DNA from: Nemertoderma westbladi
Taxonomy: Eukaryota > Animalia > Xenacoelomorpha
DNA length: 37,971 bases
Direction of reading: 5' to 3'
Assembly: GCA_032718475.1 (NCBI GenBank)
Contig: JAUCBJ010005314.1
Location: 1 to 37,971, forward strand
This document shows positions 12,036 to 23,674 of this stretch, piece by piece. A model generated the notes under the pieces. It saw only the letters and a list, made by a program, of their open reading frames with translations, was not told the origin of the DNA and searched no databases. The position numbers and the translations under genes are program-made. Each line of letters starts with the position of its first letter. Position 1 is the stretch's first letter.

Positions 12036-13530
12036 CTACGGCATTATTAATATTAACGTTCCCATTAAACGTATTGCCATTACCCCCCCCCCCCCCCCCC
12101 CCCCCCCCCCATCCGTCCAGTCACACCAGTTTTGTGTCTGTCGTCCGGTACCTGTAAGTGGGGTATTAACAAAGGTTTCCATCACCCCTGGTTCCTCATA
12201 AATACTTCCCGAACCAGCTTCGCTCTCTGATAAACCCATTTTTCCAGTTCTAACCGGCGTTTTTGTCTCTCCTGGTACTGCATCAACCCCTTCAACCGGG
12301 CGTGCATATCATCCCTCATTCTTTTACCCGCCCTCTCTCTCTCTCTCTCTCTGTCCTCTCTAACACTCTGATCGGCTAACTCTGCCTCCCTTGCCTCTCA
12401 CTCTTTGCGCTCATTCACTTCTCTCTCAATCCTCTCAGCTTTCCTCGCTTCTCACTCTTCGCGCTCACTCATTTCTTTCTCTCCCTGTTCTCTATGCTCA
12501 CTCTTTTCCCTCTCCTCCCGTTCTCTATAGTTTCTCGCCACCCACTCTCTCGCTAGCTCCCTTTCCCTTTCTAATAACGCAGTCCCCTCGTCCAGCTGTC
12601 TCTCTAATTCCTTTTGGTCCAATGCGACCATGTCTAGCTGACATGCCAGATCTATCTCTTACCCCCTTCTTGCTTTCGCGGAGAGTGTAGTGGACTTTTC
12701 GGTTGCGACGGACTCCCGTCGCCTGTTCGTTCCACTAATTTTACCGTGCTTGCTAGTGGTCTTACTAACCGACGACACCGAATCCTCGGGGTTAAACACG
12801 GGTTCGGCGTCGTGCGGATCCGCCCATCCCACTAACTTAATTCCCCGCGCATCCACCAGATAAGGCCCTGTACACTGCACCACATGGCATTATCTCAGGT
12901 TGCCACAATTCAAACAGTTCTGTGGCGACCCCCCTCGCCCTCTCACTCGCCAGTTCCCCCTGCCCAAATCGGACTAGGTAGTGAAAATGTTTATTACACT
13001 TACCGAGTCTGTGGTACAACTTGGGCTCGTCTACTTTTCCTCCAGTCTTAGCATCTTTGAGCATCTTCCACATCGCGTTGTATCTGCATCGTAGGCGATT
13101 GCTCATCCAGACGTCTTCCTCCTGAACTTCTTGGCCTCCTCTCCTTGTCCGACGTCGTACCGTCGGCCCCACCGTTGCCGTTCTGGTGGGCCGCTCGCCG
13201 CCTGTAGCCACTGGTTGGCCGGCGACTCTGGTACTTCTCTCGTCGCTCTTGTCCCGTGCCGACTTGCGTCTCTCCTCTCTTCTCCTCATACTCGACCGCC
13301 CTCCTCCTTGACAACCAAACCGTCTCTCTTCGGCGAGTCTGGTGTGGTGGGCCGGTACCACCTCGTCACTGCCTCCCGAATCGTTTGGTCTCTATCGCTC
13401 GGGGTGCGCAGCGGGCTTTCTTCCTTCTCCAAACCTTGGGGCGTTCATTCACTCATCTCTTGTTGGTGTGTCGTTATCACAGTTCATTTTCGTCAAGTTT
13501 CGACTCGTAGAACCTAGAGGTTTTGACTGT
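12036..13530 (-). pseudogene. Degenerate coding-like relic, possibly BEL/Pao LTR-retrotransposon gag N-terminus
   Basis: GC-richer block with broken minus-strand frames (12837-13361, 12659-12883, 12036-12239). PEDSVSSVSKTTS is followed by a purine-rich, E/R/K-coding stretch, an arrangement reminiscent of BEL/Pao Gag. No LTRs or pol found. Confidence 0.3.
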
Positions 13531-16010
13531 GATGGGATCCCCGAGTTGGCGAGGGAATCCCGACCAGTGTGTGTGTGTATTTTGGGATGTACGGGTCGCC
13601 GCGTCCACTTGTTGCTGAAAGGCTTGTGGTTTCTGAAAGGCCGGAGGCCGAAAGAATAACTGAGTTTTATAGTTGCAGTTGTTTGTAATGTCAGAATATA
13701 ATATAGCACAATCAGTTTACAATAATAGCACGGTCAATGACGATGATGGTCAAAGCCATCTTACTTCCACACTTGGTATAAGCCAACTAAACAACAGGTA
13801 ATAAAGATAACGGTTATATTATTAACACACATGGAATATTGCTACCTACAGTTTGGCCTGGCCAATGAATGCGCATTAGTCAGATGGTCAGCTGCCCCAC
13901 CATTGGCTACTCTATTTTCCCCTCTGGCAATCCCTAACTTCTGTGTGCACGTGCTAGCTTTCTTTCACCCCCAAGATGGCTTGTAACCTGTCATCTCTCC
14001 CTAACCAATTGGCAATGTATGTTGCCCCATGCGTTGGTAGGTGACATTATATTGGTAATGTCGCTCTATAGCCAACTATAATTGGTAAATTTGCCACTTT
14101 CCCCATTTTCCGCTGGGTGGCGCAGCGAATTGGATCCGCTAACAATTATCAAATTTAAAATCAGTGCTGGCGCTGGGGTGATAATGTAAAATGCAGTGCT
14201 GGGGTGTCGGGTGTCGTTATAATGCAGTGGTGACCAAATAAACGTAGCTTCGTAGTACATTTGAGATATCAGAAATACAAAAAAAAAATTCACGTGGTTT
14301 GATTTTTTGTCACACACGTGACACTCGGTAAATGATTAATTTAATAGCATATAAATTGTCAAATAAGGGCCATTACTGCATTAACCCGATGTGTTAACAC
14401 TTCCACTCATATTCTTCCATGTGTTTCAATTAGATTGCCAATTTTTTGGTGATTTAGCAGTTCATATGAATAAATTGCGTGAGTGTTTCCAAAATGGTCC
14501 AAAAAAGAGTCCCATACTTTACTTAACGGAGGTTTTTTTTTTATCAGAAAACGCGAACTCATAATGATTTAGATCACAACATCCATTTCTCAGATAGTTT
14601 ATGGGTTGTACCGGTATCAGTGAGACTGCTACGTAAACATTTATTTGGCCAGGTTGAAAAAACTGTCATGCTGCCATGTTCCATAACGTGACAGGATGTC
14701 CCATCCTTGACATTGTGTTGGGGGCAGAAGTTAATCATGGTCTAAACAACTAAGTACTTACATTTAATTAATGGTTGGGGGCTTACCAGTCACAGATAAA
14801 CTGTAACCTACTCCTTCCCCTTAATTGACAACAGACCAAATTAATTTATTACCAAATTAACTATTTGTGGAAATGATGAGATTGTGGCAGTAGTTAAGAG
14901 TGGGATATAAGTTGGGAATGGAACAGGAGTTGGCAGTGGGAATGGACGATAAACTGAATTTAAATTCTAGTACGGAGTCGAGTTGTTTGAAGAATTTTAT
15001 GATTTGTTTTTAATTTGAAAATAAATCTCAAAATTTATAATAATTGTTTCCATGTAAATTCCTTCCTATACCATATCAATATATCCCATACATATGACAT
15101 CAAACAACTGTCTATTTACATTTTCAAATTAATTTTTTGATATAAAATAACTGTTTTCAGTTGACCATATGCAACAGTGTATCAACGTGTATCACATTGT
15201 TATTAACAGGAAAAAAACAATTAGCCTCACTTTTCACGGCAAAGTTCCCCAGAAAGTGAAAGTTTGTGTTGTCACTCTATGAAAAATTTATTTTTAGTGA
15301 CAGCAATTTTTAATTTTTCTCACCAGGAAACTTTCCACTTCGATCTGATATCTCTTGCCGGACACCTCAATACCACTATTAAACGACTGTTACTTAAAAC
15401 TTACAAGAATATGGACAGAAAGTACGAAAAAAATATTTATAAATTTCCCATAAATAACACGAAATACGTGACAAAATTATTTTTTCAATTTTTGCATTCC
15501 GGAACGTTTTTCTCAATAACGGCCAATAAATTTTTGGGGCACTTTCTGGTTTCATATGCAGAAATTATCGCTCTTTCTAACCATCACTATGGTAAATTCT
15601 CAAAGTTAATTTCAAAATTCAACAAATTTCAAAAATCACGTACAGGACATTGGTCAGATATGGTTGGCATTGACCCATATACTGCAGCAGTGCAGTACTG
15701 TATTCCTTTTACGTTTACCTGTTTTAGTAGTCAGGAAGTGTAGTAGTTTAGGTAGGCCTACAGTTTGCAGTTATATGTTCTGATGTTCAGATGTTACTGT
15801 GTTAGGCCTACTGCCACAGTACCTACTGCTGTACTGCTGCATGCGTACTGATTCAGCCAGTCAGTCCGTGATTCATCAGTCAGTCAGTTGATAGGCTACC
15901 GGTATTGTTGTTCGGTAGGTACGTTACGGTAACGGTGCGTACAGCGCTACAGACGACACCCTTCCACCTTCAGCCCTTCTGCCCTTTGCAGCTTTGTATG
16001 GTACTGAAAG

Positions 16011-16038
16011 ATGTCTCTCAAAAAGCGAGTCGGGCAAA
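16011..16038 (+). CDS. STXBP1: Munc18/UNC-18/Rop (Sec1 family) coding exon 1
   Basis: ATG, MSLKKRVGQ (cf. UNC-18 MSLKQIVG, Rop MALKVLVGQ). Donor GTAAGT at 16039, phase 1, matches exon 2. Confidence 0.85.
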
Positions 16039-16585
16039 GTAAGTTCGGTACAGTCACGTTTCGGGCATCGGCCCGAACCTACCGAGACCTACCTGCCTAC
16101 AAACCTACAAATGCAATACTGGAATACAGCAGCAATCTGGCAATACAAATTTATACACATTTTTACTTATTTACGAGTTTGTACAGTGAATTTGTTCAGG
16201 CTATGGGTGATTGTATATTACCGGTACTGTATTTTTGGGTATATTTGGTTTATTATTTTGGTTACACTTGGCAGCTTTGTCAGGCTTTAACCCGGGCTCT
16301 ATCACACTACAGACTGACAGACGCCACTTTTTATATGGAAAGCACAGAAGCATACAGCGTTTTTACTCGGGTTAGCTGGTTAGGCCTACAATATGCAGAT
16401 ATGACTTGGTTTTTGGGATGTTTATAGGTCAGTAGGCCTACCGAAGGTACTGACTGGGATTAGTGGGATATTGATTTGTTTTTTAGGTTAGGGTTTGTTG
16501 GTCACTGGTCTGCTGGTCAGGCACAAACCATAATTAAATATGCCGAAATTCCACAAAATTTATTAGATTAGAGCCTCATGACTGC

Positions 16586-16865
16586 ATGACTTATGGTTAC
16601 CGGTACTGGTAGGGTTAAATTTCTGCTTTAATTAGGGTTTGGACCTTGTAACCTGCGAGGCCCACGAGAACCGCGAAAAAATTGCGCCTCTAGAGTGTAA
16701 GAGTGATATCCACATTAACCCTAATTAAAACTGTCATGTAACCCTAACCATAAGTCATAATGTAAGAAATTTAGGAGAATTTCCGACATTATCGCCATAA
16801 GCAGATAAGGCCCGATAATGGCAATAATGTCGGAAATTCCGCTAAATTTCTTAGATTATGACTTA
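16586..16865. repeat. Overlapping inverted repeats in intron 1 (MITE-like fold-back)
   Basis: ATGACTTATGGTTA..GGGTTA (16586-16617) pairs with 16739-16758. A second, ~48-bp imperfect stem pairs 16751-16798 with 16818-16865. Confidence 0.75.
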
Positions 16866-17005
16866 GGACGTAGGTCATAGGACGTCATAGGACGTAGGAT
16901 CGTAGGTCAATCGTGACATTCCTCCTATAAACGTTGTATCCTATACATTATAACCACTATCATATCCTGGTACAGCTTATAAATATAATATATAATACAT
17001 TGTAG

Positions 17006-17137
17006 GAGTTCTAAATGATGTGATTCGGTCTGTAAAGAAACCAGGAGAATGGCGGGTACTCATCTGCGATCGGCTCAGTATGCGGATACTGTCCTCCTGT
17101 ATAAAAATGCACGAAATACAATCTGAAGGAATCACTC
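17006..17137 (+). CDS. STXBP1: Munc18/UNC-18 exon 2
   Basis: tgtag| [44 protein letters not shown] |gttagt; 132 bp, phase 1-1. Confidence 0.95.
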
Positions 17138-17577
17138 GTTAGTTATTAGTTTTATTTATTTTTATATATTCACGTTACCGGTATAAGTGCCGTCGATATT
17201 TATGCAGCAGCACCGGTATTTAGTAATCGCATTATCTAGTTTGCATTTTGGTTCTATCAACTACTTTCCTTTAGTTTAGTTTGTCAACTTGTAAAATTGA
17301 CCTCTTTAATTTTCTATATTATTGCCTGAAGTTCAATTTACCATTGCGTCATTAATGCATAGCACATTATCTTGTTTGAATTTTTTTACAGCCATTAATC
17401 GGTATCTATTAAACTGACTATTAAACTATTAAACAGCACCGCCAGTCTAGTCGGTATGAAATGTATTTATCTGACCAGAACATTTTACACCTTCGTTCTA
17501 TTATGCACAATCCATTTCTAACTCATTGATTATCATTAAGGAAATTGAATTAACCATCATTTATTTATTTTATATAG

Positions 17578-17733
17578 TTGTTGAAGATTTGGATAAAGGC
17601 AGAGAACCTCTACCTTCTATCGAGGCTGTTTATATAATGGCGCCTTCTCAGTCGTCAGTTCGACGGTTCATGGACGACTTCCGGGATCCCCCGAACTTTA
17701 TGTACCGAGCCGCCCACGTATTCTTTACTGAAG
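17578..17733 (+). CDS. STXBP1: Munc18/UNC-18 exon 3
   Basis: tatag| [19 protein letters not shown]...[10 protein letters not shown] |gtttgt; 156 bp, phase 1-1. Confidence 0.96.
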
Positions 17734-17829
17734 GTTTGTAACTCAACACTTTATCTACCGTCGGCCGACATGTTCTAAGGCTGTAAGGTACAGGCCTATA
17801 TAATTATAATTAGTTACTTTATTTTACAG

Positions 17830-17933
17830 CTTGTCCGGACGAACTATTTAACGAGATTTCCCAGAATTCAGTCGTCTCCATAATTAAGACCCTAACAGAG
17901 ATTAACATTGCATTTCTTCCATACGAATCGCAA
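17830..17933 (+). CDS. STXBP1: Munc18/UNC-18 exon 4
   Basis: tacag| [35 protein letters not shown] |gtaagt; 104 bp, phase 1-0. Confidence 0.96.
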
Positions 17934-18225
17934 GTAAGTCTGCGCCGCAACCCAAATACTAAAGTATATGTTAACAACAAAGAAGCACCTAAATCAGTCC
18001 TGAAAGTTGCAGTGCACGCGATTAGTAAGGAGTAGTTGACTTGTCGGCACGGTAGCTCTCGCAACAAGCGGAGGTCATTTCATGCCAGAAAATGGGGCCA
18101 AGAGTGAAGTCCCGACTGAGAGTTATAGGGATAATTTAATTTGTATATAATATTAGTAATGAAACGACACAATAATAATGAACCTACATTATTCGGGATT
18201 AATTATGGTATATTTGCTATTTTAG

Positions 18226-18374
18226 ATATTTTCTTTGGATACAAAGGAGATGTTTCAGTCGTTCTACAGTCCCCACAAGATCAACCAACGTAGTGTCCAT
18301 ATCGAACGCATGGCTGAACAGATAGCCACAGTGTGTGCCACCTTGGGAGAATATCCTGCGATCAGATACAGAGC
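18226..18374 (+). CDS. STXBP1: Munc18/UNC-18 exon 5
   Basis: tttag| [18 protein letters not shown]...[23 protein letters not shown] |gtaagt; 149 bp, phase 0-2. Confidence 0.96.
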
Positions 18375-18424
18375 GTAAGTCATCATTCTTAGAAATAATT
18401 AATTATATAGATCCACTCACGTTG

Positions 18425-19120
18425 CTCTTATAATAACTTATAGAGCGCCTTTCTCCTTTCTGGACTTTATTTCAATGCGTTATAAAAGATTTCACAATAA
18501 AAAATTCACTGAATTAAAAACAAAGACAACGCAAAGCTAATGGCGGAAATGAGGTAATAAAAAAGAGATGTTCTCTTAGAGTTTGGTGACATATTCCAGT
18601 TTAAGAAGACGTGTTTTGACTTTTGAGACCCTTCTTGAAGGCATTTAATGTTGGCGTACGTCGTAGGTTGAGGGGTAGAGTGTTCCTTCCATATTGTAGG
18701 AGCAGAGATCGTGAATGCCCGTTTCCCATAGTGTACAAGGCGATACCGCGGAACAGCTAGCAATCCCGCTTCACGGGATCGCAGCTGGCGAGACGGAGGG
18801 GGGTTGTGAGGTGTCAGTAGGTTTACCGAATATGATGGTGCACAGCCGTTAATACATTTGTATGTTAGGATAGCTATTTTGAACTGAATGCGGCGATTAA
18901 TCGGAAGCCAATGCAGGTCTTTAAGGACTGGAGTAATGTGATCTCTCTTCATAGTACCAGCCCGCAATCGTGCCGCCGCATTCTGTACGTATTGCAATTT
19001 CTTTATAAACGTAGCTGGTAGACCATAATAGAGGGAGTTGTTAATGTCCAGTTTGCTTGTAACTGTTAGGGCATGAATCAATATTTCGAGGTCGTGTCTT
19101 GACAAGTATATTACGTAATT
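18425..19120 (-). mobile_element. L2/CR1-group LINE 3' fragment in intron 5
   Basis: LIHAL.VTSKLD.NNSL.YGLP...KLQYVQNAAARL...RDHITPVLKDLHWLPI..RIQFKI...GKRAF..SAP.IW, followed by an L2-type 3' end (AAAGGCGCTCTATAAG on the minus strand). Confidence 0.9.
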
Positions 19121-19635
19121 GAAAAAATGAATCACGTACTGTTGCTGCAATTTATTTAGAAAAAGTTAAGTGTGAGTCCATTACAAACCCAATAATGCGG
19201 GCATGCGCGCTAGTGACTATTGTTTCAGCACCACACTGAACTGTCGTAGGGACCACGGGGCATCACAAACGATTCTGCAGTAGGAGTAACTCGGTCTTAT
19301 CATCATTCATCTTTAATAGGTTAGACCTCATCCGTGTCTTTATATCACGTAGATAATTCTCAGTAACTCCAACTGCAGATTCTATACATTAACTCTTAAA
19401 GGCAATATAGATTTGTGTGTTATCTGCGTAAAGATGGTAGGTTAGACCGTAAGATCGACCAATGCGAACTTCCTGCGTACGATCGGATAGATACGATCTA
19501 AACCATTCCAGGGCATTCCCATTTACTCCAATCTCGAATTCCAGGATGTGCAACAGGCACTCTTATGTTTGTGTTACCCTGTGGATCAGTAATCCCACTT
19601 CCATTACAAAATCATGGATGTTATTTATCTCGTAG

Positions 19636-19851
19636 GGACAATACTTTACTAACAGACGTAGCCCAGGTTGTCCAGTCGAAGTTGGACCATTACAAAGCTG
19701 ACGACCCATCGATGGGTGAGGGACCAGATCGCTCGAGATCTCAGCTCCTCATTCTAGATCGCGGATTCGATGTTGTCACCCCACTTCTACACGAACTCAC
19801 CTTCCAGGCCATGGCTTATGATCTTCTTAACATCGACAACGACGTGTACAA
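19636..19851 (+). CDS. STXBP1: Munc18/UNC-18 exon 6
   Basis: cgtag| ...[57 protein letters not shown] |gtaagt; 216 bp, phase 2-2. Confidence 0.96.
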
Positions 19852-20002
19852 GTAAGTGGGAGGGGGAGGGGGGGGGGGGGGAACGACGTGTACAAGTAAG
19901 TGGGGGGGGGGGGGGGGGGGGACAACGACGTGTACAAGTAAGTGGGAGGGGGAGGGGGGGGGGGGGGCGACGTGTACAAGTAAGTGGGAGGGGGAAGGGG
20001 GG
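19838..20002 (+). repeat. 4x tandem repeat of exon-6 end + 5' splice site + poly-G (42-44 bp)
   Basis: CGACGTGTACAA|GTAAGTGGG with GT at 19852, 19896, 19938 and 19980. Confidence 0.92.
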
Positions 20003-20197
20003 ATGGAGATTCAAAATAATTTTTCGACTTGGGGTCATATATTATACAAATAAACGATGGTTATAACGATATAAAATGCTATTCTTTACTTCTGTCAACT
20101 TTTCACTGACTGAGGGGGGGGGGGGGGGGGGGTATTAAGTTCTTCAACGATCCTCGTAACAATATAGTCTGCAACTGAGAATCTGTAACTAAGAGTC

Positions 20198-21880
20198 TGT
20201 TTATTTTGGTAGAATATTTGATTATTTATGGGGGATGTGTATTTATTTTGGGGAAAATATGTATTTATTTTGGGGGATTATGTATTTATTTTGGGGGATT
20301 ATGTATTTATTTTTGAGGAGTATGTATTTATTTGTGGGAAAATCGCATTTATTTTGGGGGATTATGTATTTATTTTGGGGGATTATGTATTTAATTCGGG
20401 GGAAAGTGTGCTTATTTTGTGAAAATTTGTATTTATTTTGGGGGTTTTGTCATTTATTTATTTTGGGGGAATATGTATTTATTTTGGGGGATTATGTATT
20501 TATTTTGGGGAAAATTTATTTATTTTGGGGGAATTTGTATTTATTTTGGGGGAATATGTATTTATTTTGGGGGAATATGTATTTATTTTGGGGAAATATG
20601 TATTTATTTTGGGAAATTTGTATTTATTTTGGGGAAAATTTGTATTTATTTTGGGAAAATTTGTATTTATTTTGGGGGAATATGTCATTTATTTTGGGGG
20701 AATTATGTATTTATTTTGGGGGAATTTGTATTTATTTTGGGGAAATATGTATTTATTTGGGGGGAATTTGTATTTATTTTGGGGGAATTTGTATTTATTT
20801 TGGGGGAAATATGTATTTATTTTGGGGGAATATGTATTTATTTTGGGGAATATGTATTTATTGGGGAAATGTATTTATTTTGGGAAAATTTGTATTTATT
20901 TTGGGGGAAATATGTATTATTGGGAAAATGTATTATTTTGGGATTTGTATTTATTTTGGAAAATTTGTATTTATTTTGGGGAAATATGTATTTATTTGGG
21001 GGATATGTAATTTTGGGAAATTATTTATTTTGGGAAAATTTGTATTTATTTTGGGAAATTTGTATTTATTTTGGGGGAATATGTATTTATTTTGGGGAAA
21101 ATGTATTTATTTTGGGAGAATTTGTATTTATTTTGGGGGAATATGTATTTATTGGGGGAAAATGTATTTATTTTGGGAAAATTTGTATTTATTTTGGGGA
21201 AATTTGTATTTATTTTGGGAAAATTTGTATTTATTTTGGGAGAATTTGTATTTATTTTGGGGGAATATGTATTTATTTTGGGGGATTATGTAATTTTGGG
21301 GAAAATGTATTTATTTTGGGGGAATTTGTATTTATTTTGGGGAAATATGTATTTATTTGGGGGAATTATGTATTTATTTTGGGGAAATTTGTATTTATTT
21401 TGGGGGAATTTGTATTTATTTTGGGGATTGTATTATTGGGGAAAATGTATTTATTTTGGGGGAATTTGTATTTATTTTGGGGAAATATGTATTTATTTGG
21501 GGGAATTTGTATTTATTTTGGGGAAATTTGTATTTATTTTGGGGGAATTTGTATTTATTTTGGGGAAATTTGTATTTATTTTGGGGAAATTTGTATTTAT
21601 TTTGGGGGAATATGTATTTATTTTGGGGGGAATATGTGTATTTATTTTGGGGAAATTTATGTATTTATTTTGGGGGAATATGTATTTACTTTGGGGATTG
21701 TATTATTGGGATGTATTTATTTTGGGAAAATTTGTATTTATTTGGGGAGAATTTGTATTTATTTTGGGGAAATATGTATTTATTTTGGGGGATTATGTAT
21801 TTATTTTTGGGAAAATGTATTTATTTGGGGAAATTGTATTTATTTTGGCGGAATTTGTATTTATTTTGGGGGGTTATGTA
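20198..21880. repeat. 21-bp minisatellite TGTATTTATTTTGGGGGAA(T/A)(T/A), left part
   Basis: About 80 degenerate units, nearly C-free on the + strand. Interrupted at 21881. Confidence 0.95.
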
Positions 21881-22492
21881 CACTGAAAAAACTAAGTAAC
21901 GGTTTTTATTTTAAACTTGTAGTTTCCAATTGTAACCACCAGTTTGATAAAATTAACCTATAATTATGACAGTGCACCTCAGGTTTAAATCCATCAACCT
22001 TGAAATACCAAATAAACCGGCAGTTTGACAATTGCGAAACTGGAACTTCAAAAAACTGCTGGTTATAATAGTACAAAACAGGAGTTTTAAATATAAGTTA
22101 AAAAACCCAAGTATTTTGAATATTGTCCACCAGTGGTTTTACAATTGAAAAAAATAACCATTGATGACTTTATTAAGAACCACGGAGAGTAAAAACCTGT
22201 GGTTTATAGTTAATAACGCTGAAAGAAAAATAATTTGGGCTATGGGAAAAAAACTATATTACGAATTATAAATGCAATTATCATGCATGATACTGTATAA
22301 CGAATTTAAATTGTTAGCGGTGGTTTAATTCATAAACTACGTAACGCTATTTTGGTCAATTTATTAAACCCCACCGTTTTTTGTGGCACACCAAAACTAC
22401 GATATGACCACAATATGAATTGCAACGCAACGTACATACAGTGCATTTTTGTGATTTCCTTTTATACGTAACATAACGATTCGTCATACACC

Positions 22493-22527
<35 letters not shown>

Positions 22528-23044
22528 CAAAAATCATGCTAATGCTAATTATAGTTAATGGATACCATGTCATGATGTATTAGGGCTAATTATAACTTAG
22601 TTCGGATAATGAAATACCCTATAAGTCAATCAAACTCAATACACTTTTGGCGCAAAATTTAAACGAGGCGGTAAATCCCTGTATCATGTGACCCTAACTG
22701 CCTAACCACATTAATGCTGTAATGTCAGTCCTGTTTGTGTGTCTACTTCTAGAAGTACTGCTGTATGTTCAGGTGTTGCTTGGGCAGTCAGGCTGTTGCC
22801 TGTTGGGTGAGTGATTGTTTCTTCTGAAACGTGAAGGCCCAGCCCACTTAGCACTTAGTATGATACCGGTCCTGTCATCAGTGTTTGCTAATCTAGGCCA
22901 GGATTACAGTAGGCCTACAAAAGTACTGGTACCGACCGGACCGGTGCTGCGGTGTGCAGGTATGTCAGTCTCAGTACTGCAGTATGCAGTAGGCCTACAG
23001 CAGTATGTTTTTATGTACCTACAGACCTATGTCTGTATGTAGGC

Positions 23045-23097
23045 CAAGGCCTACTAGAGAAACTTTCTAGAGAAAGAAGTTTCTCTAGTAGGCCTTG
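23045..23097. mobile_element. 53-bp hAT-like micro-element with 21-bp TIRs and 8-bp TSD
   Basis: CAAGGCCTACTAGAGAAACTT (23045-23065) / AAGTTTCTCTAGTAGGCCTTG (23077-23097), flanked by the direct repeat ATGTAGGC (23037-23044, 23098-23105). Confidence 0.8.
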
Positions 23098-23674
23098 ATG
23101 TAGGCCTACCAATTGTTGCCGTTTGCTGAGGTACCGGTACGGGGTACGCCTACCTACACAGCCTGACAGGGACAGCTCAGGCAGTCAGGTCAGATCCCGT
23201 TGTTTGTTGCAGCATCTACCTGTCTACCCAGCTACCGGTACTGATCTATCCGGCTATAGGGCCTATTCAGATATTAAGCCTACAATCAGACAATATTATT
23301 ACCGGTATATGTGTTATCATATTACAGTTTATGCATTCCATGTAGGCAGGTAGGCCTATTCACTGGCAGCTGCTTCAATGGTTGCCACTCTAGCTCTTGC
23401 CAGTAGCGGTAGACCAGTAAGCTGGACACTACGCAGACGCACGACAGTCCGGCACAAGAATAGTAGGCCTATGATTAGGAAGACGCACCACACTTGTCAC
23501 TTATCTGCATGTACCAGTCGGCAGGTCGGGGAGAAGTTCAAATTTCAACTGAGTTGAAATTTAAAACTTTTTTTTTAATTAAACTTTTAAGTTGTAAATT
23601 CAACTCTAAAATCAAAATGGCAGGAGGCGCAGAAGGCTGGAAGGAAGGATTTTAGAAAACGTAACATTGAAGAT

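Noticed and set aside
15264-15743. 159-aa ORF upstream of Munc18
   Set aside because: AT-rich, non-ATG start in the track, no recognisable domain; probably chance.
16011-16427. 138-aa ORF from the Munc18 ATG
   Set aside because: Read-through into intron 1; homology stops at the GTAAGT donor at 16039.
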